Source of the DNA: Macrostomum lignano
Taxonomy: Eukaryota
Direction of reading: 5' to 3'
DNA: 64,000 nt
NCBI GenBank assembly: GCA_002269645.1
Contig: NIVC01000109.1
Coordinates: 418,016-482,015 of the forward strand
The notes under the pieces were generated by a model. It saw only the letters and a list, made by a program, of their open reading frames with translations, did not search any database and was not told where the DNA came from. The position numbers were made by a program, and so were the translations under genes. Below, in pieces: positions 12,501 through 23,800 of the stretch; within the stretch, counting starts at the first letter, position 1, and each line of letters opens with the position of its first letter.

Positions 12501-15500
12501 ATCGCTGATGGGGGGCTGCTGCTCATGATTGGCGTCAGAGTCATCGCTGGACTCATCGCTGATGGGGAGCTGCTGCTCATGATTGGCGTCAGAGTCATCG
12601 CTGATAGGGGGCTGCTGCTCATCATTGGCGGCGGCGTCATCTCTAGACTGCTGCCTCATTTTCTTTTTAGATTCCCTGAGTCGCTTTTTTGCCGCTTTCT
12701 GTTCGTCTGTGGCATCACGGAAGCTGAAGGTATTGAGGAGTAATGTTGCATCATGATTAAAAAATAAATTATATTACGCAACAATCTAAGTGCCGACTTT
12801 TATACAGGAATGCTATGGACACCTAAGTTACCCAACTACCAACTTATTTAACCGTAGTCGATAAAAAAACAAAGTAACAACTCGAAATTAAGTTCAACAT
12901 TCATCATTTTTATAATTTAATGAAATTCGGAGGAACACGGATAAACAACGGATCAACACAACTCAAGATTCAGTTCGACTTTCATCGTTTTTTAAATGGG
13001 CGGCAACTGGGGAGAGCACTTAGAACTTCTGGCAGGCAGTAGTCGGTACACCAGTTGCCAATGACTGCGCTGCTGCACAAGTGAGACGGTCACAATACAT
13101 GTAGATGATCAGCTTTCGTCACAAAAACGGCCAACATCTGCTTTGCAACGCTGCGCTCTCACTGCAGCTTCAATGATGGGGCGCCTCCAACTGGTGTCCA
13201 CTGGGCCGACTGCTGCTTGGTCTCTGGGTCAAAACTGTAGATCCAGGATTCGTCACCACTGACGATTTCCCAGACCGAGTTTGAGCGGCCATCATCGAAT
13301 CTGTAGAGCATGGCATGGCACCAAGCCACCCGAGCCTCCTTTTGCTCCTCCGTCAGGTGATGAGGCACCCAGCGTGCAGAAATCTTGCTCAGGTTGAGCC
13401 TTGAGTGCAGGAATCGTGCGGATGGCTGCCGATGAGATGCCGCTTCTGCCTCTATCTGGGCCACAGTTGCCCTGGCATCATCCTCAATCATGGCCCGAAT
13501 AGCAGCAACATTCTCATCCCTTGCTTCTGCAGTCATCATCATCCAGACTCCGTCGGCCATGTCGAAATTCAGCAAACCACTCAAAAACTGTGGACCTGGA
13601 AGGTGCTTCATTACCAAAGTTCCAAAGCTTAAAGTTCCTCAAAGCTATTCTGATTGCCTTAAACAGCAGCGCAGGCTTTATAGAGTGAATTTGTCTGAAA
13701 TTGCACAACTGTAATCACAAGATAATTGTACATAATATCTGCTATGCCGAATTGTATACATCTCCTTCCCAATTTGTGCCTCCGAAAGCTTATTGCATAC
13801 CCCTCGTAGCCTACTGAAGGATTAGGGATAGCCTACTGAAGGATCAGGGATAGCCTACTGAAGGATCAGGGGTAGCCTACTGAAGGATCGGGGTAGCCTA
13901 CTGAAGGATCGGGGTAGCCTACTGAAGGATCGGGGTAGCCTACTGAAGGATCGGGGTAGCCTACTGAAGGATCGGGGTAGCCTACTGAAGGATCGGGGTA
14001 GCCTACTGAAGGATCAGGGATAGCCTACTGAAGGATCAGGGGTAGCCTACTGAAGGATCGGGGTAGCCTACTGAAGGATCGGGGGTAGCCTACTGAAGGA
14101 TCGGGGTAGCCTACTGAAGGATCGGGGGTAGCCTACTGAAGGATCAGGGATAGCCTACTGAAGGATCAGGGGTAGCCTACTGAAGGATCAGGGATAGCCT
14201 ACTGAAGGATCGGGGGTAGCCTACTGAAGGATCAGGGATAGCCTACTGAAGGATCGGGGGTAGCCTACTGAAGGATCAGGGATAGCCTACTGAAGGATCG
14301 GGGGTAGCCTACTGAAGGATCAGGGGTAGCCTACTGAAGGATCAGAGATAGCCTACTGAAGGATCGGGGGTAGCCTACTGAAGGATCGGGGGTAGCCTAC
14401 TGAAGGATCAGGGGTAGCCTACTGAAGGATTGGGGTAGCCTACTGAAGGATCAGGGGTAGCCTACTGAAGGATCAGGATAGCCTACTGAAGGATCGGGGT
14501 AGCCTACTGAAGGATCGGGGTAGCCTACTGAAGGATCAGGGTAGCCTACTAAAAGATCGGGGGTAGCCTACTGAAGGATCGGGGTAGCCTACTGAAGGAT
14601 CGGGGGTAGCCTACTGAAGGATCAGGGATAGCCTACTGAAGGATCGGGGTAGCCTACTGAAGGATCGGGGGTAGCCTACTAAAGGATCAGGGTAGCCTAC
14701 TGAAGGATCAGGGGTAGCCTACTGAAGGATCGGGGTAGCCTACTGAAGGATCGGGGTAGCCTACTGAAGGATCGGGGATAGCCTACTGAAGGATCAGGGG
14801 TAGCCTACTGAAGGATTGGGGTAGCCTACTGAAGGATCAGGGATAGCCTACTGAAGGATCGTGGGTAGCCTACTGAAGGATCGGGGGTAGCCTACTAAAG
14901 GATCAGGGGTAGCCTACTGAAGGATCAGGGGTAGCCTACTGAAGGATCAGGGGTAGCCTACTGAAGGATCGGGGTAGCCTACTGAAGGATCGGGGGTAGC
15001 GTACTGAAGGATCAGGATAGCCTACTGAAGGATCGGGGTAGCCTACTGAAGGATCAGGGATAGCCTACTGAAGGATCGGGGGTAGCCTACTGAAGGATCG
15101 GGGTAGCCTACTGAAGGATCGGGGTAGCCTACTGAAGGATCGGGGTAGCCTACTGAAGGATCGGGGTAGCCTACTGAAGGATCGGGGTAGCCTACTAAAG
15201 GATCGGGGTAGCCTACTAAAGGATCGGGGTAGCCTACTAAAGGTCTACGGAAAGATCAGTGAGCATTGGAAGTCTGACCCGATTCCCCTCGTCGCCACTG
15301 CACCGCAGGCGCGGACATGCCCGTCGTAATCACGGTGCTGAACTCCTACTCTGGCTGGGCCCTGTGCGCCGAAGGCTTCATGCTGGACAACAACCTGATG
15401 ACCGTGGTTGGCGCCCTCATCGGGTCCAGCGGTGCCATCCTGTCCTACATCATGTGCAAAGCTATGAACCGCAGCCTGCCCAATGTCATCTTCGGCGGCT

Positions 15501-16767
15501 ACGGCACTAGCTCTTATGCCGGCGGCAAAGCTATGGAGATCACCGGTACTCATACTGAGGTGAGGCGATTCTTGTCTTGTCACAGAGTTCTTTGACCTCG
15601 AATGACCCGCTTTGATCTCAAATTACCCACTTTGACCTTAAATCACCCATTTTGACCTTAAATGACCCCTTTGACTTCAAAGAGCCCAGTGGCTTAAGAT
15701 GACATACTTTGACCTCAAATGACCCACTTTGACCTCTGATAAGCCATTTTGACCTTAAATCTAGTTTGAACTCAAATGATCTATTTGACTTCAAAGAACC
15801 CAGTGTGGCTTTAAATGACATACTTTGACCTCAAATGACCCACATTGACCCCAAATGACCCAATTTGACCTCAAAAAACCAACCTTGACCTTTTGACTCA
15901 ATTTCATCTCAAATAGCCAATCTTGACTTGAGCCTCAAAGTTACTTGTTACTTGGTAACAAAGTACGACTATGCTGGTATAATCGATCTTTTGTAACCCG
16001 AATGACCCTAAATGACCCTTATTATATTATCGCCGGTTGTCATCAGGTTAACGTCGACCAAGTGGCCGACTGGGCGGTGAACGCTCGCAACGTGATCATC
16101 ACTCCCGGCTACGGCCTGTGCGTGGCCAAGGCCCAGTACCCCCTGGCCGAGCTGGTCACCCTGCTGCGCAAGAAAGGCGTCAACGTTCGCTTTGGAATCC
16201 ACCCGGTGGCCGGCCGCATGCCCGGACAGCTCAACGTGCTGCTGGCCGAGGCCGGCGTCCCCTACGACATTGTGCTGGAGATGGACGAGATCAATCACGA
16301 CTTCCCGGAGACAGACCTGGTACTGGTCATCGGCGCCAACGACACGGTGAACTCAGCCGCTGAGGAGGATCCCAACAGCATCATTGCGGGTGAGCCCTGA
16401 CTGTCAGTGCATTAATTTGCACTTCGTGGCACTCGCAAGTGTACAGTGTAGGAATGTAAAATATGTACACTGTAGGATATACAATTTTGTGTACAGCGTA
16501 GGAACGTAAAAAGTGTTGGCGACCATAAGTCAGTACAATGCCTAACCTGCACCCCCATTAACCCGCCACCCACACTCAGGCATGCCGGTGCTTCGCGTGT
16601 GGAACTCCAAGCAGGTGGTGGTCGTCAAGCGCACCCTTGGCGTTGGCTACGCCGCCGTGGACAACCCGATTTTCTTCAAGGAGAACACCGGCATGCTGCT
16701 CGGCGACGCCAAGAAGATGTGCGACGGCCTGCTGTCCAAGGTCAAGGAGTACTATGGCGACAACTGA
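272..16767 (+). CDS. NNT: Mitochondrial NAD(P) transhydrogenase, gene model join(272-502,2573-2912,3378-3574,4275-4628,5225-5551,6697-7138,7696-8244,15309-15559,16047-16389,16580-16767), 3222 nt, about 1073 aa
   Basis: All junctions are GT-AG with matching phases. Motifs: [25 protein letters not shown] (NAD binding), [70 protein letters not shown]. Order dI-dII-dIII with an N-terminal presequence-like segment. Confidence 0.96.
895..2440. repeat. 25-bp minisatellite filling NNT intron 1, about 60 copies
   Basis: Unit CCGGCCTTCAAAACTCCATTAAGAA with variants; degenerate at both edges. Confidence 0.93.
2573..2912 (+). CDS. NNT: NNT coding exon 2
   Basis: [16 protein letters not shown]...ALSSMANIA; ag at 2571-2572, gtgag at 2913. 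Confidence 0.95.
2945..3350. repeat. 22-24 bp minisatellite in NNT intron 2
   Basis: Unit CTGAGAATCGCCCCCAATTCTAC. Confidence 0.88.
3378..3574 (+). CDS. NNT: NNT coding exon 3 (Rossmann GxGxxG)
   Basis: [40 protein letters not shown]...DTRAAVKEQ; not shown in this frame in the ORF track. Confidence 0.95.
3650..4240. repeat. 21-bp minisatellite in NNT intron 3
   Basis: Unit GATTTGTACAGTTTGAATGGG and variants. Confidence 0.92.
4275..4628 (+). CDS. NNT: NNT coding exon 4
   Basis: [11 protein letters not shown]...[12 protein letters not shown]...DLPSRLPTQ; phase 0/0. Confidence 0.95.
4645..5060. repeat. 21-bp minisatellite in NNT intron 4
   Basis: Unit GCTCAGAATCCTAATCCCTGT. Confidence 0.92.
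5225..5551 (+). CDS. NNT: NNT coding exon 5 (end of dI, Pro/Ala linker, first TM helix)
   Basis: [13 protein letters not shown]...WPPPPPPAP...FSGM; donor gtgagt at 5552. Confidence 0.93.
5585..6575. repeat. 18/19-bp minisatellite in NNT intron 5
   Basis: Interspersed units GTCCCTGAAGTTATCAGT and GTCCTCTGAAGTTTTTAGT. Confidence 0.93.
6697..7138 (+). CDS. NNT: NNT coding exon 6 (dII)
   Basis: [35 protein letters not shown]...SSQKTCRL. Confidence 0.95.
7155..7630. repeat. Degenerate minisatellite of about 22 bp in NNT intron 6, with an internal duplication of about 121 bp
   Basis: Recurrent TTGATTGACAGGTAGGGAATGG; about 7362-7482 is repeated at about 7483-7603. Confidence 0.75.
7696..8244 (+). 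CDS. NNT: NNT coding exon 7 (dII)
   Basis: NALGMIGV...[18 protein letters not shown]...[17 protein letters not shown]...TAAIG. Confidence 0.95.
8975..10190. repeat. Highly homogeneous 69-bp tandem array, about 17.5 copies
   Basis: Period 69; only the first unit is visibly diverged. Confidence 0.95.
10500..12745 (-). mobile_element. Degenerate EnSpm/CACTA-like (Transposase_21-type) transposase remnant
   Basis: Minus-strand fragments [23 protein letters not shown] (about 11600-11525) and [23 protein letters not shown] (11211-11519) match TDG...WP and DxPARA...NGxxGCxxC motifs; several frameshifts; termini not found. Confidence 0.65.
12175..12645 (-). repeat. 54-bp tandem repeat, about 8 copies, encoding acidic [18 protein letters not shown] at the N-terminal side of the transposase remnant
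   Basis: Period 54; variants GTCAGA and GTCGGA alternate. Confidence 0.9.
13807..15240. repeat. 20/21-bp minisatellite, about 70 copies, in NNT intron 7, directly next to the mariner TIR
   Basis: Unit TAGCCTACTGAAGGATCGGGG; the first TA is the mariner target site. Confidence 0.94.
15309..15559 (+). CDS. NNT: NNT coding exon 8
   Basis: [23 protein letters not shown]...[12 protein letters not shown]...GTHTE. Confidence 0.96.
15590..16020. repeat. Degenerate TTTGACCTCAAATGACCC repeat in NNT intron 8
   Basis: Recurrent motif of about 19 bp, highly diverged. Confidence 0.7.
16047..16389 (+). CDS. NNT: NNT coding exon 9 (dIII, NADP binding)
   Basis: [14 protein letters not shown]...[23 protein letters not shown]...GANDTVN. 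Confidence 0.96.
16580..16767 (+). CDS. NNT: NNT final coding exon
   Basis: [29 protein letters not shown]...GDAKK; TGA at 16765-16767. Confidence 0.96.
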
Positions 16768-16854
16768 GCTCTTGGACTGCGCTTTGGGGTGGGATACCGT
16801 CTGACCTGTGCTGCCGTTTGTTGGGGACTTCGGTTTCGGATTTTATCGGTTGCC

Positions 16855-17280
16855 ACCCTGAGAATCGCCCTAAATCTCACCCTGAGAATCGCCCATATTC
16901 CAGTCTGAGAATCGCCCCAAATCTCTTACCCTGACAATCGCCCCGAATCCAACCTGAGAATCGCCCTAATCTCACCCTGAGAATCGCCCCGAATCCAATC
17001 TGAGAATCGCCCCAATTTCACTCTGAGAATCGCCTCAAATCTCACCCTGAGAATCGCCCCGAATCCAACCTGAGAATCGCCCCAATTTCACTCTGAGAAT
17101 CGCCTCAAATCTCACCCTGAGAATCGCCTTAAAACTCACCCTGACAATCGCTCTGAATCTCACCCTGACAATCGCCCTAAATCTCACCCTGACAATCGCC
17201 CTAAATCTCACCCTGACAATCGCCCTAAATCTCACCCTGAGAATCGCTCCAAATCTCACCCTGAGAATCGCTCTAAAATC
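16855..17280. repeat. Minisatellite of about 24 bp downstream of the NNT stop, same core as the intron 2 array
   Basis: Unit CTGAGAATCGCCCCAAATCTCACC. Confidence 0.88.
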
Positions 17281-18112
17281 CACACAGCTGTGGCTGAACT
17301 TTGCCCCTATTCGCTGCCAGACGTTCTCTATCAACAGGGTCTAGAATTGATTGGCACCTGAAGTTCTGAAAACTGTTTTTTGTTGTATGATAAGCCGGTT
17401 AAATTGTAACACGTGTTCAAGGTGCCGCTAGTTTAGTAGACACTTAGATAGGCTCATTTTCTATGGTTCTAATATTCTCATATCTGGGTCTCTGAACTCT
17501 GTCCCTTCCCCTGTTTGTTTATGATAAACCCAGTAAAATCGTGCTGTCTGTCAGATCATACTATATTTATTAATAATTAGTATTGTTCAAGTGTGTGTTT
17601 CACTTGCTTTAGCTTATTTTTAGATTTTTTTTATAGTTAGGCGTGTTCGAATTTGCCCAAAATATCAAGATAGCAAATTTATTAATTCAATGTGCTTTTG
17701 TATCTCAGAATCAAGCACTCAAAAAAACCATTGATTCGTTCGGCTGTTAAACAAAAATTTAAATTATGAAGCAAAAATTTTCTCTGGTTTTTTCACGCTA
17801 CTGTAAGTAGCTTTCAAATTCTACGTCTGCGTATAGAAAAATAGTGTACGTGTTTCTATTTATCCAAGTGATGAAATAAACTTGGCTTGGCCTTATTAAC
17901 TCTCTAATTTCTCTGCTTCCTGCTCTAACTATCAGATAGACACTTCAGTTCAATTACACTAATCCCTGTCATTGCTGGGCTCTCATCATCACCTGGCTAA
18001 GTTAGAAAATGGAAGACTTGAAATCCATAACAATACATTTGCTGTGTTTCTTCTGCATTGCTTATTTGGGTTTGTTATTATTCCACCGCTTGCAGATGAT
18101 TCCTATGCCCTA

Positions 18113-19662
18113 TCCCTCAGTTGCTGGGCCAGCCTCCCAGATCCTCAGTTGCTGGGCCATTCAGCCTCTCAGGTCCTTAGTTGCTGGGCCAGCCTCCCAG
18201 ACCCTCAGTTGCTGGGCCATTCAGCCTCTCAGGTCCTTAGTTGCTGGGCCAGCCTCCCAGACCCTCAGTTGCTGGGCCATTCAGCCTCCCAGATCCTCAG
18301 TTGCTGGGCCAGCCTCCCAGACCCTCAGTTGCTGGGCCATTCAGCCTCTCAGGTCCTTAGTTGCTGGGCCAGCCTCCCAGACCCTCAGTTGCTGGGCCAT
18401 TCAGCCTCCCAGATCCTCAGTTGCTTGGCCAGCCTCCCAGATCCTCAGTTGCTGGGCCAGCCTCCCAGACCCTCAGTTGCTGGGCCATTCAGCCTCTCAG
18501 GTCCTTAGTTGCTGGGCCAGCCTCCCAGACCCTCAGTTGCTGGGCCATTCAGCCTCCCAGATCCTCAGTTGCTGGGCCAGCCTCCCAGACCCTCAGTTGC
18601 TGGGCCATTCAGCCTCTCAGGTCCTTAGTTGCTGGGCCAGCCTCCCAGACCCTCAGTTGCTGGGCCATTCAGCCTCCCAGATCCTCAGTTGCTTGGCCAG
18701 CCTCCCAGATCCTCAGTTGCTGGGCCAGCCTCCCAGATCCTCAGTTGCTGGGCCAGCCTCCCAGACCCTCAGTTGCTGGGCCATTCAGCCTCCCAGATCC
18801 TCAGTTTCTGGGCCAGCCTCCCAGACCCTCAGTTGCTGGGCCATTCAGCCTCTCAGGTCCTTAGTTGCTGGGCCAGCCTCCCAGACCCTCAGTTGCTGGG
18901 CCATTCAGCCTCCCAGATCCTCAGTTGCTTGGCCAGCCTCCCAGATCCTCAGTTGCTGGGCCAGCCTCCCAGATCCTCAGTTGCTGGGCCAGCCTCCCAG
19001 ATCCTCAGCTGTTGGGCCAGCCTCCCAGATCCTCAGTTGCTGGGCCATTCAGCCTCTCAGGTCCTTAGTTGCTGGGCCAGCCTCCCAGACCCTCAGTTGC
19101 TGGGCCATTCAGCCTCTCAGGTCCTTAGTTGCTGGGCCAGCCTCCCAGACCCTCAGTTGCTGGGCCATTCAGCCTCCCAGATCCTCAGTTGCTTGGCCAG
19201 CCTCCCAGATCCTCAGTTGCTGGGCCAGCCTCCCAGATCCTCAGTTGCTGGGCCAGCCTCCCAGACCCTCAGTTGCTGGGCCATTCAGCCTCCCAGATCC
19301 TCAGTTTCTGGGCCAGCCTCCCAGACCCTCAGTTGCTGGGCCATTCAGCCTCTCAGGTCCTTAGTTGCTGGGCCAGCCTCCCAGACCCTCAGTTGCTGGG
19401 CCATTCAGCCTCCCAGATCCTCAGTTGCTTGGCCAGCCTCCCAGATCCTCAGTTGCTGGGCCAGCCTCCCAGACCCTCAGTTGCTGGGCCATTCAGCCTC
19501 TCAGGTCCTTAGTTGCTGGGCCAGCCTCCCAGACCCTCAGTTGCTGGGCCATTCAGCCTCCCAGATCCTCAGTTGCTGGGCCAGCCTCCCAGATCCTCAG
19601 TTGCTGGGCCAGCCTCCCAGATCCTCAGTTGCTGGGCCATGCAGCCTCCCAGATCCTCAGTC
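18113..19662. repeat. Composite 28/33-bp minisatellite between NNT and the SLC16 gene
   Basis: Units CAGTTGCTGGGCCAGCCTCCCAGATCCT and CAGTTGCTGGGCCATTCAGCCTCTCAGGTCCTT. Confidence 0.93.
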
Positions 19663-20371
19663 CTATGACTGGTAAAGATTTCCGAGTTAAAGAACTCCAA
19701 AGCCTGACAGACACCCAACCTGTTAAAGAGCAATCTTATTTAGATAAAACTATCGCTACATGTGGGTCATTGTGTCAGCACTTCATTTTTAACCTTTGAA
19801 CCCAGCTAGTATAGGGAAAAAAGGAGATTTATAATTTGCATGAGTATAGTTTTGTTGCCTGGGGAATGCCTAATTTTAATTGTAGTAATTATCGCCTGTC
19901 GAAACAAAGTCTGACTGTAAACACACATATAAACACATAGCAACAGATTGGAGACGGCTCTACAGTTGGCAGTTGCTAAGAGGTCAGGCTAGTAGGAAGC
20001 GAAGACTTGCACCAGCTGATAAGGGCTAAATTGTGTTTCACACTTGCGCTCCGGTTGACCCCGAAATTCCCCGTGTCATGCTGGGCCGCCGTGGCCCGCG
20101 GCCTACTTCAGGGCTTGTTAATCGTAATTGAACAAATGATTAACAATCTGTGCCGGCAGACTCTGCTACGCCACTCGGCACAAAGGCTCAATTGTTTCTG
20201 AGCGCTAAGGCTGTAAACTGTTTATAATTGTTACTTATCTGTCTATGCCTTGGACTCCAGGCCCTTGTGTGCTCAAATGCCTGGGCCCCGGCCTCTCCGC
20301 TAAGACTGCCTGCAGTGCACAGGAGGTGGGGTGAGCGAGTATAATGGAGAGACAGACAGTGGCGGCAGCCA

Positions 20372-20378
20372 TATAAAA
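20372..20378 (+). promoter_or_regulatory. Candidate TATA box upstream of the SLC16 gene
   Basis: TATAAAA about 165 nt before the ATG; motif match only. Confidence 0.25.
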
Positions 20379-20539
20379 AGACCATTTTTCAGACCGAAGT
20401 GACGTACCTCAGTCAGCTGTTATTGGCTGTCTTTTATCCCGAGCTGGAGGAATTTTCTTACAGAGCCACAGTCTCCGGTCTTAGACAGATGCAGCCTGGC
20501 TGCTGACTTCGCTTAAACATTTATGAAACATAATTAGCT

Positions 20540-20825
20540 ATGGCGTCTAAGGCGCTTCAAAAAGCCACCGTTGCCAATGGCAACGCGAATGGCAATAACA
20601 ACAACAGTAACGGCTGCAACGGTGTCAAGGATGAGGACGCGGAGGCTGTCCCGGATGTCGAGGCGGAGCTGCTGGAGTTCGTGCCAGCGGATGGCGGGCT
20701 GCGAGCCTGGCTGGTGTGTTTCACATCCTTCTGCACCAACGGCACCATCTTCTCCATCATCAACAGCTTCGGCATCATCAGCGACTGGCTGATCACCACC
20801 AGGGGCATCTCGAAGTCCGTGGCGG
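20540..20825 (+). CDS. SLC16 exon 1
   Basis: MASKALQ...PADGG...KSVA; donor gtgag at 20826. Confidence 0.88.
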
Positions 20826-23800
20826 GTGAGCGAGCTGTTAAAAGTGCATGGAATCCTTCCTACCTTTCTTTATCTACCCTACCTACCCTGTCTACCCTGC
20901 CTACCCTACCTATCCAACCTACCCTGCCTACCCTACCTATCCAACCTACCCTGCCTACCCTACCTATCCAACCTACCCTGCCTACCCTACCTATTCAGCC
21001 TACCCTGCCTACCCTACCTATCCAACCTACCCTGCTACCCTACCTATTAAGCCTACCCTGCCTACCCTACCTATCCAACCTACCCTGCTACCCTACCTAT
21101 TAAGCCTACCCTGCCTACCCTACCTATCCAACCTACCCTGCCTACCCTACCTATTCAGCCTACCTGCCTACCTATCCAACCCACCCTGCCTACCCTACCT
21201 GGTCTACCTACTCTACCCTGACCACTCTATCTACTCTGTCCACTCTGCCTACCTATGCTCGACCTACCCTGCCTATCCTATACCTACATGTACTGACCGT
21301 ATAACAACCAACCTACAGTATTTAGGTCTACTCAACATACTCAGTCTACTTACACTTGCAAGCCCACCCAACACAATATACCCACCAAAGCAGTCTAACA
21401 AAACTCCGAACACATTTTAAAAGCATTTCCAAAATTTTCCAGGGATTTTCCAGTACCGAATCCGCGGGCCCCCTCAAACCATCCATCCAATGTTCTATAT
21501 TTAGCATCAATTGTTTTGAGACCACATAGTACAGTGCGCATAAAATTCTCACCACTTGACTCAGAGTTTGTCTGCCCCAGAGCATTGGCCTCTGTGCACT
21601 CTTTTAAGTGCAGCAGAGTTTCGTCACAAGCCTCAGCGAGGTGGACGGCGGCCCACGCCTAAGTTGTGTGAACAAGAAGCTGAAGAAATACAGTAGACTG
21701 AGAAACTTGCTTTCTTTCAAAAGTGCAAAACGTTGCTTTTGAGTAGATAACAGTGGTTGATAAATTTAATTTTTGCATCTTAGAGAACTCTAAGGGGTTA
21801 ACAACCATGAAAATATTACAATGAAGCGGCTCGCGTGCGGCGACATGAAGACCGCTTGTCCTTTAATAAAGTGCTGCGGCTGGGCCTGTTACGGCTCTAG
21901 TATATTTGGGCCATAGACAGTTTGAGCAGGAAGTGGCTGGCTCTGTCAAAAGTACATGTGTCCGCTACGACAAAACGTTTTTAAAGTTTTTTTACAAATT
22001 ATTTTATGCTTGTACAATTGCTATCAAATAGACATTTTCTGTCCAAAAAGCCATCACAACCTACCCAACCTACTCAACCAATCCAACCTACTCAACCAAT
22101 CCAACCTACTCAACCAATCCAACCTACTCAACCAATCCAACCTACTCAACCAATCCAACCTACTCAACCAATCCAACCTACTCAACCAATCCAACCTACT
22201 CAACCAATCCAACCTACTCAACCAATCCAACCTACTCAACCAATCCAACCTACTCAACCAATCCAACCTACTCAACCAATCCAACCTACTCAACCAATCC
22301 AACCTACTCAACCTACTCAACCAATCCAACCTACTCAACCAATTCAACCTACTCAATCAATCCATCCTACTCAATCAACCCAACCTACCCAACCTTCATA
22401 AGCTACCCAACCTACCCAACATACCCAACCTACTTTATCTAGCCAACCCTACCAAATCTTCCTAAACCTACCCAATCTACCCAATCTACCCAATATACCC
22501 AATCTGCTCAGCCTACCCAACCTACCCAACTTACTCAAACCTACCCTACCTACCAAACCTACTCGAACCTACCCAACCAACCCAACCTACCCAACCTGCC
22601 CAACAAATCCAACCTACCCTACCTACCAAACCTACCCAACCAACCCAACCTACCCAACCTGCCCAACAAATCCAACCTACCCTACCTACCCTACCTACCC
22701 AACCTACCCAACCTACCCAACCGCAGGCTCGATCGGCTCGGCCACCATCGGCTGCGTGTTCTTCTTCTCCTTCCTCGGCAGCATCGTGATGGACCGGGTC
22801 GGCCTCCGCCGCTGCGCCTTCGCCGGCGGCCTCATCGCCGTTTGCAGCTTCATGGCGAGCTCCTTCGTGCCGCCAGAGAACGCCACCGTCCTGTTCTTCA
22901 CCCACAGCTGCCTGTTCGGCTTCGGCGCAGCCCTGGTGTACACCCCCAGCCTGGTGATCCTCGGGCACCATTTCGACAAGCGGCTGGGCCTGGCGAACGG
23001 CATCGTCACCCTGGGCAGCGGCGTCTTCTCCGTGGTGCTGTCCCGATCGCTCAAGCCGCTGCTCCTCGATCGCATCGGGGTGCACAACACCTTCAGAGTG
23101 TACTGCGGCATGGCGGCCTTCATGCTGGTGTACTCATTCACCTGGAAACCGCTGAGACCTGTCAGGCACGCAGAGCTGGATCACTACCTGTCGCAGGCGT
23201 CCCTCACCGAGCGCTTGGCCGGTGTGCGAGCTTTTCTTACCAAGTTTCTCAACGTCAGCATCTGGCAAAATCGCGGCTTCTTGATCTGGATTGTCGGCTG
23301 CCCGTTCGCCCTGTTTGGCTACTTTGTGCCCTTCATGTTTCTGGTGAGCTCCGCGGCTTTTCCGTGTCTCCCCTCCCCTCTGTGCCCTTCATGTTTCTGG
23401 TGAGCCCCGCGGCTTTTCCGTGTCTCCCCTCCCCTCTGTGCCCTTCATGTTTCTGGTGAGCCCCGCGGCTTTTCCGTGTCTCCCCTCCCCTCTGTGCCCT
23501 TCATGTTTCTGGTGAGCCCTGCGGCTTTTCCGTGTCTCCCCTCCCCTCTGTGCCCTTCATGTTTCTGGTGAGCCCTGCGGCTTTTCCGTGTCTCCGACTC
23601 TACCTCCTCTCCCTATCTCCCTCTCTCCCTCTGCTTCTCCCTCTGTCTCCCTCCCTCCTTCCCTCTGCCTCTCCCTCTGTCTCCCTCCCTCTCTCTCCCT
23701 CTACCTCTCCCTCTATCTCCCTCCCTCTCTCCCCTCTCTCTTACTCTATCTCTCTTCGACGTTTTTTTTATTAAAAGGAAGTCTGCTACGCTCAGACAGA

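Larger units (their letters stand above)
8348..13808 (-). mobile_element. Degenerate mariner transposon interrupted by about 4.3 kb of nested DNA
   Basis: 26-bp TIRs 8350-8375 (CAAGGGGTGTGCAATAAGTTTCCGGA) and 13781-13806 match 22/26, with TA on both sides. Transposase 5' part 13710-13000 ([24 protein letters not shown]); C-terminal part 8650-8390 ([27 protein letters not shown]). Confidence 0.88.

Noticed and set aside
13807-15240. CRISPR-like appearance of this and other arrays
   Set aside because: Head-to-tail units with no unique spacers, no cas genes, eukaryotic context
272-16767. Prokaryotic pntA/pntB operon
   Set aside because: Canonical spliceosomal introns, single fused chain and mitochondrial presequence-like N-terminus
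17972-19799. ORFs of up to 451 aa
   Set aside because: Minisatellite translations
20848-22465. Extensin- or gliadin-like PTYP and QPTQPI ORFs
   Set aside because: Simple repeats in SLC16 intron 1
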